DNA of 64,000 nt, from positions 75,059 to 139,058 of IMG/VR virus record IMGVR_UViG_3300032331_000527; one strand, written 5' to 3'. Below, in pieces: positions 56,597-64,000 of the stretch (its first letter is position 1; the number at the start of each line of letters is the position of its first letter). This stretch comes from a virus. The position numbers were made by a program, and so were the translations under genes. The notes under the pieces were generated by a model. The model saw only the letters and a list, made by a program, of their open reading frames with translations. It was not told where the DNA came from and made no database searches.

Positions 56597-56672
56597 TGGT
56601 GCCGACTCCTCGTTACGATCGAGGTTCTCTAGTTCTTCAGACTAGCGTGAGGACCACCTTCACCAAGTCGGC
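56597..56672 (-). tRNA. tRNA-Phe (GAA), atypical T-loop ATCGTAA
   Basis: CTAGT-CTGAAGA-ACTAG, CCA end. Confidence 0.85.
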
Positions 56673-56681
56673 TTTATATAA

Positions 56682-56750
56682 TGCTGCTGCTCCGATTCGA
56701 ACGGCGTCCTAGTCTTGTCGATCTGTGTTTCCCACAACACCGACAGCAGC
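56682..56750 (-). ncRNA. tRNA-like RNA without a canonical anticodon arm
   Basis: Acceptor stem GCTGCTG/CAGCAGC, D-like hairpin GTGTT/AACAC, T-loop TTCGAAT, no encoded CCA. Confidence 0.55.
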
Positions 56751-56753
56751 AAA

Positions 56754-56830
56754 TGGTGCCCATAGTAGGACTCGAACCTACAACATACCGATTTTGAGTC
56801 GGTCGCCTCTACCAGTTGGACCATACGGGC
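56754..56830 (-). tRNA. tRNA-Leu (CAA), short variable loop
   Basis: ACCGA-CTCAAAA-TCGGT. Confidence 0.9.
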
Positions 56831-56837
56831 GTATCTA

Positions 56838-58592
56838 TTAAAACGATACCTTTAGACCTATCATTCCATAGAAGTTATTATACTTCTCTTGAACGCCTTT
56901 GTCAAATCCAATCGTAGCATTTACAGAAACATTATCTGTAATGTTCTCGCTGAGAATACCGCGATTGCTAATGACTGTCTTATAATCAGGCGAATGCACT
57001 ACACGAGTTTCAATCGCTGCGCCTTTGCTGAACTCGTAGCGAGTACCGACATATGGCATAACATGAGTCTTCGTGCCATTAGGAGGCATAGTTGACAATA
57101 GAGGACTACCAGATTCTACGCCATCGATTTGACTACGATTGATAGTGACACCTACAAGCGGACGGAAACCTAGATATGTCTCGGCATTATATATGGCTAG
57201 ATCAGCGTAGATATTCTTCTGCTTGATGCTAGAATTATTAAGCAGAGCAAACACAGGTATCTCATTCTTAGTTAGATAGTTGCTTTTGCTATATCCAATA
57301 GATGCTTTGTACCACAGAGCAGGATCACGAATCAGCACATACGCAGAACCAGAATAAGACTCGATATCAGTTCCGGAATTCACTAGTCCGTTAACAGAAC
57401 CGCGATCTCCGCTGATACCGAATCCGAATGAGTTATTATCAACTGTATCCTGCCAACCAGCAGATGCGCCTTGAGAATTCACACGACCAGAAGAACGAGT
57501 AGAACGATAGAATGGAGAAGCCCATACTCCGTCTCGTGTTGAAAGAACATCCACTAGGAAAGGATTCATGTTACGAGCGCGAATAGCATCACGAGCACCA
57601 ACAGCTGAAATAGTTTCTGTCTGAGTAGCAGTTTGTCCTACTGTTAGAGTAGAACCAACAGTCGTAGTTGTGACAGCAGTTCCATTTGTTGTAACAGTAG
57701 AGTTATCACTGTATGTTTCTAATGTTCGAGGAGTCGTAACCGTTGTCGTTGTGAATGGTCGTGTAGTCAAAGGAGTAGTCGCACGATCTACACGAATCCA
57801 ACCTCCATTGTTTGATCCTGTATCAACAACACGATTTGTTGTGACAGCAGTTCCATATGTCGTAGAAGTTGTGGCAGTTGGAGCTAGATTTGTTGTGCTT
57901 ACGAGCGTGACTGGTGGTGGAGTAGGATTACCAGCAGCAGCACCTTGCGATGGAGTTGCTAATGTAGTGAATCCAACAGTCGATGGAATCGTGCACTGAT
58001 CGGGAGCGATGCTTACAGTTGCGCAAGCGCCGCCATATACGCCAAGCTGAATAGAGTTACCGTTAGAAGTGTTATTCCCAGAGACTTCAAAAGCAATAGT
58101 ATAAGTGGTGCCGGCTGTGAGAGCCACACCCTGATAGATGCCGTCGAACGAGCCAACAGCACCGTCGTACCATACGCCACCATGAGCGCCCCCAATATCA
58201 GTCCAAGTGCCAGCGGCAGCAGGATATGTTCCATTTTGATACCAAACTCCCCAATTCGTTGGGGCTTGCATGTTAGAAACGCCATTGTTGGTCGTTACAC
58301 TAAAACGGCCACCGGTGGTAAATGTTCCATTAGTTAAAAGATTTGTGGTTGAACCAGCCTCGGTTAAAGTGACATTGTCAAATGTCCAGAATGCTGGATC
58401 TTCGCGAAAGGCAAAACCTACGAAGTTCGCTCCAGTTGTTGATGGAGTAAACGTGTAGGTAAATGGTTGCCATGTGTTTCTTGTATTGCCTGTAACAGTA
58501 CCTATTGAACCTGACGGAAGCGTCTGAGAAGACGCTACAGACAGATATGCACATGCGAATAGAGCGCCTAACGACGCCGTAACCTTTTTCAT
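56838..58592 (-). CDS. Autotransporter-like outer-membrane protein (signal peptide, carbohydrate-binding-like passenger, Thr-rich stalk, beta-barrel)
   Basis: Sec signal MKKVTASLGALFACAYLSVA, alternating beta strands, C-terminal YGMIGLKVSF (terminal Phe). Confidence 0.75.
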   Translation of the reverse strand: MKKVTASLGALFACAYLSVASSQTLPSGSIGTVTGNTRNTWQPFTYTFTPSTTGANFVGFAFREDPAFWTFDNVTLTEAGSTTNLLTNGTFTTGGRFSVTTNNGVSNMQAPTNWGVWYQNGTYPAAAGTWTDIGGAHGGVWYDGAVGSFDGIYQGVALTAGTTYTIAFEVSGNNTSNGNSIQLGVYGGACATVSIAPDQCTIPSTVGFTTLATPSQGAAAGNPTPPPVTLVSTTNLAPTATTSTTYGTAVTTNRVVDTGSNNGGWIRVDRATTPLTTRPFTTTTVTTPRTLETYSDNSTVTTNGTAVTTTTVGSTLTVGQTATQTETISAVGARDAIRARNMNPFLVDVLSTRDGVWASPFYRSTRSSGRVNSQGASAGWQDTVDNNSFGFGISGDRGSVNGLVNSGTDIESYSGSAYVLIRDPALWYKASIGYSKSNYLTKNEIPVFALLNNSSIKQKNIYADLAIYNAETYLGFRPLVGVTINRSQIDGVESGSPLLSTMPPNGTKTHVMPYVGTRYEFSKGAAIETRVVHSPDYKTVISNRGILSENITDNVSVNATIGFDKGVQEKYNNFYGMIGLKVSF

Positions 58593-58656
58593 TTTTATCT
58601 CCTCTATGCGTGGACGAATTTATTTCATCAACATCATAGCGAAGACAATCAGTGAA

Positions 58657-59679
58657 TTATATGGTCAGTTGCTTTATAATAAGAGTTAGTGGTTTAGAGC
58701 TAGGAATCTTATCCCAGATTTTCTTGTACTGAAGAACAGCAGCTTTTTTCATCGTTTCTGTTTCTTCGCTAGAAACATCTTTAATCGTCACACCTTTTCT
58801 AGCTGCGTTGATTTCATATGTTTCTGCGTCCTCGATAGACCATGTTCTTTCTAGTTTGGCTACGTTCTTAGCGACTCGCTTAAACACTTCTTGCTGTTGT
58901 TCATTCAATGTAGCAAAGAACTTATTACCAATTAGAATTGTAGTCAAGAACATGCTGTGATTTGTCTTAAGAATATGCTTACCCTTGAAACGAAGATAGG
59001 TAGTCTCAACTGCTCCACCTTCAACAACGTTCTTAGAAAGCTCTTCTTGCGTCAACATCTGTCTTCCGTAAGAGTTGCCGGCTAGTCCTACGAAAAATTC
59101 TCTGGCTGAAGGCACAGTAGAAATGTTCATGTTCTTAAGTGATTCTAGACTTTCAATAGGAGCGTTTGAACCTACGATACGGAATCCGCCTGAGTATGTA
59201 AACGCTAGTCCGCGAACCTGAGTATTCTCACCAAGACGACTCATCAGCTCATCACCAACAGGACCGTCTAGTGTACGAGATACGTGTCGGTGACCAGCAA
59301 ATAGAAATGGTAGATCTAGAGTCATGAATTCATCATAAATTCCGCCGATAACAGTGATCTGCGTCTGACTCATTTGAATCTTACCATCGTCCATAGCTTG
59401 GAACCAAGCACGAGAAATCTGCTTGACGTCTTCGTTGAAAGGGATCGTTTTGACACCTTCTTCTGGACCTACTTCGATTTCGTTAATGCGTGCAGGCGCC
59501 CATCCCAATTCTGGAACATCGCCATATTTCTTGTTATAGTAGCCAGGAGTTAAGATCTCAAAATCAAATTGACCAGGAAGTTCCGCATCGACTTGCTTTG
59601 CGAATTCTTCTGCTGTTCTGATGAAAAGATATTCTGGATCGTGGGCGATAAGCCAGCGTATCTTGATTGGTTCTGACAT
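58657..59679 (-). CDS. TRAP transporter substrate-binding protein (DctP-like)
   Basis: LDLPFLF....H....LDG.VG..L...GLAFTYSGGFR...F..L..EQQE.F. Confidence 0.8.
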   Translation of the reverse strand: MSEPIKIRWLIAHDPEYLFIRTAEEFAKQVDAELPGQFDFEILTPGYYNKKYGDVPELGWAPARINEIEVGPEEGVKTIPFNEDVKQISRAWFQAMDDGKIQMSQTQITVIGGIYDEFMTLDLPFLFAGHRHVSRTLDGPVGDELMSRLGENTQVRGLAFTYSGGFRIVGSNAPIESLESLKNMNISTVPSAREFFVGLAGNSYGRQMLTQEELSKNVVEGGAVETTYLRFKGKHILKTNHSMFLTTILIGNKFFATLNEQQQEVFKRVAKNVAKLERTWSIEDAETYEINAARKGVTIKDVSSEETETMKKAAVLQYKKIWDKIPSSKPLTLIIKQLTI

Positions 59680-59712
59680 AGAGTTCCCCTAATCTATAAT
59701 TAGATTCTATGC

Positions 59713-59720
59713 TATTTATA
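59713..59720 (-). promoter_or_regulatory. Late promoter TATAAATA for the DctP-like gene
   Basis: Exact motif about 34 nt upstream of the ATG. Confidence 0.65.
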
Positions 59721-59725
59721 AGATA

Positions 59726-59802
59726 TGGTGCCCTTGGAGAGATTCGAACTCCCACCATCTCGCTTCTAAGGCGAGCGCCTCTACCAGTTGGACTACAAGG
59801 GC
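59726..59802 (-). tRNA. tRNA-Leu (TAG), short variable loop
   Basis: CTCGC-CTTAGAA-GCGAG. Confidence 0.9.
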
Positions 59803-59823
59803 TATTCTGTTTCTACACGAAAT

Positions 59824-59898
59824 TGGAGCGGAGAATGGGATTCGAACCCACGACCGTCTCGTTGGCAACGAGAAGCTCTACCACTGAGCTACCTCCGC
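59824..59898 (-). tRNA. tRNA-Gly (GCC)
   Basis: TCTCG-TTGCCAA-CGAGA, TCCA end. Confidence 0.93.
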
Positions 59899-60836
59899 TT
59901 ATTAACCCTGATATCTGATGGACATACGCAACGTTTTTGAGGACAAATTATATATTCCTCGTAGAGCTTGAAATTATCAATCTTTCCTAGAAAAATTGAT
60001 CTACAAATCCCAGAAAAAACTTTTCCTGAATATGTGACGCAAATCGATTCTGATCCTGCGCTACATTTCCATCCTTTGAAATCATGCCATTCGTTTAGTG
60101 TTATGATTCCTAATTTATTAGCTGATATGACTGACCCATCAGAAAATATCATTCTAGCTTTTGCGATATTTTCTTTTGTATTAGCTCCATCCCAACGAAA
60201 GCTTTTTAGCGTTTTTTCCATCCATTCGTATTGATCTTCATTATAATCGTATGTTGTGTGAGCTAATTCACCCTTTACACCGATACGATTAAGAAGCTTT
60301 GGTTGAATTAGAGGCTTGAACTCATCGTCTATCTCATTATAGAGAGTCATCATATTATCCCAATTAGCAGGATCACATGAAAGATTATAATTTATAGGTG
60401 TCCCGCTTTCTCTGACAATTTTCGACAAGCTGTTAATTTTATTAGCTTTAGTAAACTCAGGATGAAGAGATAATTGCACCGAGGAAATAGGAAGAATTTC
60501 TTTCCAAAAGTCATCACCTCGAGTACCGTTAGAGGTAATCGATAAGAAACATTTATCACGCAATCTGGAAACGATATACGGGAGCATAGGATGAAGAGTC
60601 GGTTCTCCGCCGCTTAACGCAACGTTGATTTTTCTTGTCTTGCTGAATTCTTCTAGTCTATCAAGAAACGCAATAATCTCTTCATCCGTAGGAAATCCTG
60701 GAAGTCTTGCTTTATGATGATCACCGTTATGAAGAAACGGTGGACAGTAGTTACAACGAAAATTACAGAAATCTGTCAGTTGCCAGTAGATATATAACTC
60801 CGGATTCTCACAAGCTACTGCGACTGGATAAACCAT
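59889..60836 (-). CDS. Radical SAM protein with C-terminal Twitch/SPASM-like Cys cluster
   Basis: CNFRCNYC, SGGEPTL, SNG, C.AG...C...C....C.C..D. Confidence 0.88.
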   Translation of the reverse strand: MVYPVAVACENPELYIYWQLTDFCNFRCNYCPPFLHNGDHHKARLPGFPTDEEIIAFLDRLEEFSKTRKINVALSGGEPTLHPMLPYIVSRLRDKCFLSITSNGTRGDDFWKEILPISSVQLSLHPEFTKANKINSLSKIVRESGTPINYNLSCDPANWDNMMTLYNEIDDEFKPLIQPKLLNRIGVKGELAHTTYDYNEDQYEWMEKTLKSFRWDGANTKENIAKARMIFSDGSVISANKLGIITLNEWHDFKGWKCSAGSESICVTYSGKVFSGICRSIFLGKIDNFKLYEEYIICPQKRCVCPSDIRVNKRR

Positions 60837-60853
60837 TATGATTTCCGTATGAT

Positions 60854-60928
60854 TGGAGGTGCCTCCCAGAATCGAACTGGGTTCTCAAGGATTTGCAGTC
60901 CCGCGATTTACCATCTACCTCAGGCACC
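60854..60928 (-). tRNA. tRNA-Cys (GCA)
   Basis: GGA-CTGCAAA-TCC, U73-CCA, atypical D arm. Confidence 0.85.
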
Positions 60929-60931
60929 AAT

Positions 60932-61007
60932 TGGCTGGGGATCAAGGATTCGAACCTCGGACATCCAGATTCAGAGTCTGGCGTTCTACCAACTGAACTA
61001 ATCCCCA
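60932..61007 (-). tRNA. tRNA-Gln (CTG)
   Basis: CCAGA-CTCTGAA-TCTGG. Confidence 0.93.
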
Positions 61008-61014
61008 TTATTTA

Positions 61015-61089
61015 TGGCGATCCTGAAGGGAATCGAACCCTCCTCACCCGTTAGACAGACGGGTCGCCTCACCAGATGCGTACAGGATC
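61015..61089 (-). tRNA. tRNA-Asp (GTC)
   Basis: CCCGT-CTGTCTA-ACGGG. Confidence 0.88.
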
Positions 61090-61093
61090 AATC

Positions 61094-61864
61094 TCAGTGA
61101 AAAGGGCACTTACCTTTTCGTTCATCGTTTCGTTTATCTAGCTTCATTAGATTCCTGAAGCCAGAGAAGACTTTTGTGGATCCTCGATTGACAAGGAGAT
61201 CTCGCTCTTGATATGAAACGAGATGATTTCTGAATTCTACATTAATATCATCATTCAGCGGAATAATATGCACTAGAGGTGTTCCGATAGGAATGAACAT
61301 AGAGTATGACTGATCAACACTAGCTTTAGGCATCATTAGATTGACGTCTGTTCCTGAGTTATAGTGATATTCAACTACTCCAGGAAGCATCTTGAACGGA
61401 TAATTCTCTAATGCCCATTCAGCACCCAAATACAGGAAATGAAGTCCAGTCTTTTCGATAAAGAACCAAGGACTGACAAGTTTTCCATGGTGATAGTTCT
61501 GGAATGCGTTTCCATACTGAGCAGCAGGATGCACGACTATAGCTGGCTGATCAACAGCGGCCCCACCATTAACAGTATTAGAAACAGTATACTGATATCC
61601 ACCGTTCTCCACTTCAATATGGATATCTGCCCATGATTCCATGACTGCGCCGCGCTTATAGAATTCGATGAATCCATAACAGTGTTTCATGTTCTTTGGA
61701 ACGGGATACGTGCGAGCGTCACCGATTCCTAGATCTGGAATTGATTTCCACCACGAAGGGATAGTTTTAATCGCTTTAACGATAGGTGTGTATTTGTGCG
61801 TCAACGTATCGGACGTGTAGCAGTCAACAACAACCTTTCGCTTTCTATGAAAAAATGTAAACAT
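61094..61864 (-). CDS. Hypothetical protein (family ending KCPFH, often beside phage oxygenases)
   Basis: P.WWK...MK.C.G...KL.SPW...PG.V...GTPL.HIIP...KCPFH. Confidence 0.65.
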   Translation of the reverse strand: MFTFFHRKRKVVVDCYTSDTLTHKYTPIVKAIKTIPSWWKSIPDLGIGDARTYPVPKNMKHCYGFIEFYKRGAVMESWADIHIEVENGGYQYTVSNTVNGGAAVDQPAIVVHPAAQYGNAFQNYHHGKLVSPWFFIEKTGLHFLYLGAEWALENYPFKMLPGVVEYHYNSGTDVNLMMPKASVDQSYSMFIPIGTPLVHIIPLNDDINVEFRNHLVSYQERDLLVNRGSTKVFSGFRNLMKLDKRNDERKGKCPFH

Positions 61865-61877
61865 GATATCCCTATGT

Positions 61878-62040
61878 AGGGCTGGTTACTGCCATCCAGC
61901 ATCTCCCTTTTCGCGGAGTAGGTTAGTGAGAAAAGACGAGTCACGCTCCTAGGACATTTCAGGTAGCCTAAACCTATATCTAATATGACTGCACGACCGT
62001 CGTCATATTAGTGATTCGCAAGATCTCACCTTGCGAATGG
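61878..62040 (-). ncRNA. Candidate structured RNA (multi-hairpin with possible pseudoknot)
   Basis: Several perfect stems in an ORF-free gap of the tRNA array. Confidence 0.5.
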
Positions 62041-62042
62041 GT

Positions 62043-62117
62043 TGGTTGCGCAGGCTGGAATTGCACCAGCGTTCTCTTGGGTATGAACCAAGTGAGTTCC
62101 TACTTCTCCACCGCGCT
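62043..62117 (-). tRNA. tRNA-Met (CAT), initiator-like
   Basis: 1:72 mismatch (A/A), anticodon loop TTCATAC, T-loop TGCAATT. Confidence 0.82.
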
Positions 62118-62124
62118 TCAATCG

Positions 62125-62703
62125 TTAGTAGACTTTATCTTTAAACTCTTCCTTGAGATGAACATTAGAAGTGATAGCAACGCGATCCTTATCGCTTTGA
62201 TTCTGTGCGACCATATGAGTTACCCAGCCAGGAAACAAAATCAACTCTCCGTTCCTAGGAGAATGCGTGTACTGATTGTACGGTCGTCCGTCGTTTCTGC
62301 TAATCCAACCGAGAGTGCTTCGTGGATCAAGCAATCTAATGTCACCACAATTGTCGTGTACATCAACGTAATAAGTCATGACGACTGTAGTCAGTCGATG
62401 CGTATGCATCATTGCTTCTTGTCCTCTGCCACGATAGTTGATAGAACCGTGGGCGTGACGAAAGAACTCTGGATCATATTCCAGATCGAAACATTGAGTA
62501 GCATACTGGGCTGAACATTCTAGCATCCAGTCGTATAGTTTACGAAGAGCGGGAACTTCATCAACGTAGTCCCACAAATCGATCTTATTGATAAACGTAC
62601 AACCCTTTAACTCGGGATGAGCAAGGATCTCGGCGTTCAGAGCTTCGTATTCTGGATGATAGAAAAGAGCAACAGGAGTTGCCCATAGATTCATAAACTT
62701 CAT
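62125..62703 (-). CDS. 2OG-Fe(II) oxygenase (TIGR02466-like)
   Basis: H.H...YYV...GDI.L.DPR...P..GELILFPGW..H.V..N.S..DR.AI..N. Confidence 0.82.
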   Translation of the reverse strand: MKFMNLWATPVALFYHPEYEALNAEILAHPELKGCTFINKIDLWDYVDEVPALRKLYDWMLECSAQYATQCFDLEYDPEFFRHAHGSINYRGRGQEAMMHTHRLTTVVMTYYVDVHDNCGDIRLLDPRSTLGWISRNDGRPYNQYTHSPRNGELILFPGWVTHMVAQNQSDKDRVAITSNVHLKEEFKDKVY

Positions 62704-63392
62704 CGACTGATATATCCCTCTTTAATGTGTTCTTCTAGTGTTATGAAACCGATATCAGCAGGATCTGGATAATCATACTGATTGTAGTGGTCGGCATTTG
62801 GTTTGCCGATAGGCATCGCATTAGCGCCAATGATAATTCGACACGAGCTGTCTGAAGGTGCCGTGAAGTGATTCATCCATGCAGGAAACACAACTAGAGT
62901 ACCTGAAACGAATGGTACTTCTGCAACCTTCGCGAGGAACTCTGGCGCATTTTTCTGCAATCGCGGTTGAATTTGATACAGATTTGAATTATGATTACGG
63001 AAGATCGTGCCAGATGCGCTTTTGTCATGATCATAGACATAGAATACGCCAGCTAGAAACGTGTTCTTGTGAATATGCTCGTGATGAAATCCACCTTCGC
63101 GCTGACGAGTAGCCCACATTGCGGTCATTCCACACTTAGGTTCATAACCCATCATAGTCATGACCTGTTCAAACGATTCCTGAATGAAATCGCGAATAGG
63201 AACTAGGACTTCGTCATGCGTATGCAAATTTCCTTCAGTGGTTTGAAGTCCGTTGCGCTCGCGAGAAACGAAATACTTTTCGTCGTCAAGAAGATGCGCG
63301 GTCATCTCTGTCTGAATCTTAAAAAATTCTGGATATTCAAAATGCCAAATTGGCGAAGGAAAGAGATCGTATCTAGAAATCAAGTTGGACAT
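62700..63392 (-). CDS. 2OG-Fe(II) oxygenase (TIGR02466-like)
   Basis: LFPSPI...MWA...H.EHIH.N..L.GVFY...G.L.VFP.W..H...RI.I..N. Confidence 0.82.
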   Translation of the reverse strand: MSNLISRYDLFPSPIWHFEYPEFFKIQTEMTAHLLDDEKYFVSRERNGLQTTEGNLHTHDEVLVPIRDFIQESFEQVMTMMGYEPKCGMTAMWATRQREGGFHHEHIHKNTFLAGVFYVYDHDKSASGTIFRNHNSNLYQIQPRLQKNAPEFLAKVAEVPFVSGTLVVFPAWMNHFTAPSDSSCRIIIGANAMPIGKPNADHYNQYDYPDPADIGFITLEEHIKEGYISR

Positions 63393-63430
63393 AGTAACTC
63401 CACATTAAAAGATATATGGCTGGGACTAAA

Positions 63431-63506
63431 TGGTGGAGGTAGCCAGAATCGAACTGACGACATCCTGCTTGCAAAGCAGGCGCTCTCCCAACTGAGCTAT
63501 ACCCCC
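63431..63506 (-). tRNA. tRNA-Ala (TGC)
   Basis: GGGGGTATAGCTCAG start, G3.U70 pair, CCTGC-TTTGCAA-GCAGG. Confidence 0.94.
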
Positions 63507-63581
63507 TGGTAGTCCGTGACAGGGTTGAACTGCCGACCTTCTCCGTGTAAAGGAGTTGCTCTTCCACTGAGCTAACGGACC
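63507..63581 (-). tRNA. tRNA-Val (TAC), directly abutting tRNA-Ala
   Basis: CTCC-TTTACAC-GGAG. Confidence 0.92.
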
Positions 63582-63586
63582 AAATA

Positions 63587-63733
63587 TGGCGTGGGCTAAC
63601 TTTAGGTGTACAAGACCGTAAGTTTATCTCTTATCGCACCCCCACGCAGCACGATCGTAGTTGCTCCCAAGAAGTCGTTATGGCTCAGAGCAACCCAAAC
63701 CATAATCAAGCTAGGCACTATCTGTCCTAGCAA
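63587..63733 (-). ncRNA. Candidate structured RNA(s): hairpin, H-type pseudoknot and CCA-terminated stem
   Basis: GCTAGG/CCTAGC; TTATGG/CCATAA interleaved with GTTGCTC/GAGCAAC; GCGTGGG...CCCACGCCA. Confidence 0.5.
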
Positions 63734-63736
63734 TTT

Positions 63737-63812
63737 TGGTGCCGAAAGCTGGGCTCGAACCAGCGACCATACCCGTATGAAGGGTGCGCTCTACCAACTG
63801 AGCTACATCGGC
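63737..63812 (-). tRNA. tRNA-Met (CAT), elongator (Ile2 not excluded)
   Basis: ACCC-TTCATAC-GGGT, paired 1:72. Confidence 0.88.
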
Positions 63813-63816
63813 AATA

Positions 63817-63907
63817 TGGTGCGTGGAGAAGGATTCGAACCTCCAATGTTACCCTTAGGGAACGGATTTACAGTCCGTCGCAGAACCACCGTCTCTGCAG
63901 TCCACGC
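63817..63907 (-). tRNA. tRNA-Tyr (GTA)
   Basis: ACGGA-CTGTAAA-TCCGT, long variable arm. Confidence 0.9.
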
Positions 63908-63920
63908 AATTCTTTTTATA

Positions 63921-63996
63921 TGGTGCCCCCACGACGAATCGAACGCCGGACCTACTGCTTACAAGGCAGTTGCTCTACCAACTGAGCTATAAGGGC
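63921..63996 (-). tRNA. tRNA-Thr (TGT)
   Basis: ACTGC-CTTGTAA-GCAGT. Confidence 0.93.
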
Positions 63997-64000
63997 TTAA

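Noticed and set aside
59564-63992. Short ORFs over tRNAs (59564, 59709, 60808, 62011, 63216, 63373, 63606)
   Set aside because: They are translations of tRNA genes or of the antisense strand of real CDSs.
1-64000. Alternative genetic code, introns/inteins or integrase
   Set aside because: Core genes translate full length in code 11, no suppressor tRNA was seen, and no homing endonuclease, intein or integrase motifs were recognised.

Overview
64 kb segment of a large T4-superfamily myophage genome. The host is probably an alphaproteobacterium, judged from a permuted two-piece tmRNA with an ANDN...LAA tag and a GGCAGUA T-loop. 1-21.7 kb is the baseplate/tail module: gp8, 7, 6, 25, a split gp5, a gp27-like hub, gp53, 48, 4, 2, 54, 26 and 51, plus a triple peptidoglycan-hydrolase virion protein. 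21.8-31.5 kb carries replication and transcription genes (gp32, 59, 33), kdsA, tRNA-Gln, tmRNA, phoH and thyX. 31.5-40 kb is small early genes, including a 2.25 kb GATC-free island with four related strong promoters. 40.5-45.3 kb is a DNA-hypermodification operon (TET/JBP dioxygenase, NDP-sugar nucleotidyltransferase-kinase, HAD phosphatase, TET-associated glycosyltransferase). 45-55.7 kb holds rnh, mazG, an L,D-transpeptidase, a glycosyltransferase, a radical SAM protein and a halogenase-like gene. 55.8-64 kb is a tRNA array (15 tRNAs, 16 in the window) interleaved with auxiliary genes and several unexplained structured RNAs. Two CDS stop codons lie inside tRNA genes. All calls come from motif recognition by eye; no searches were run.
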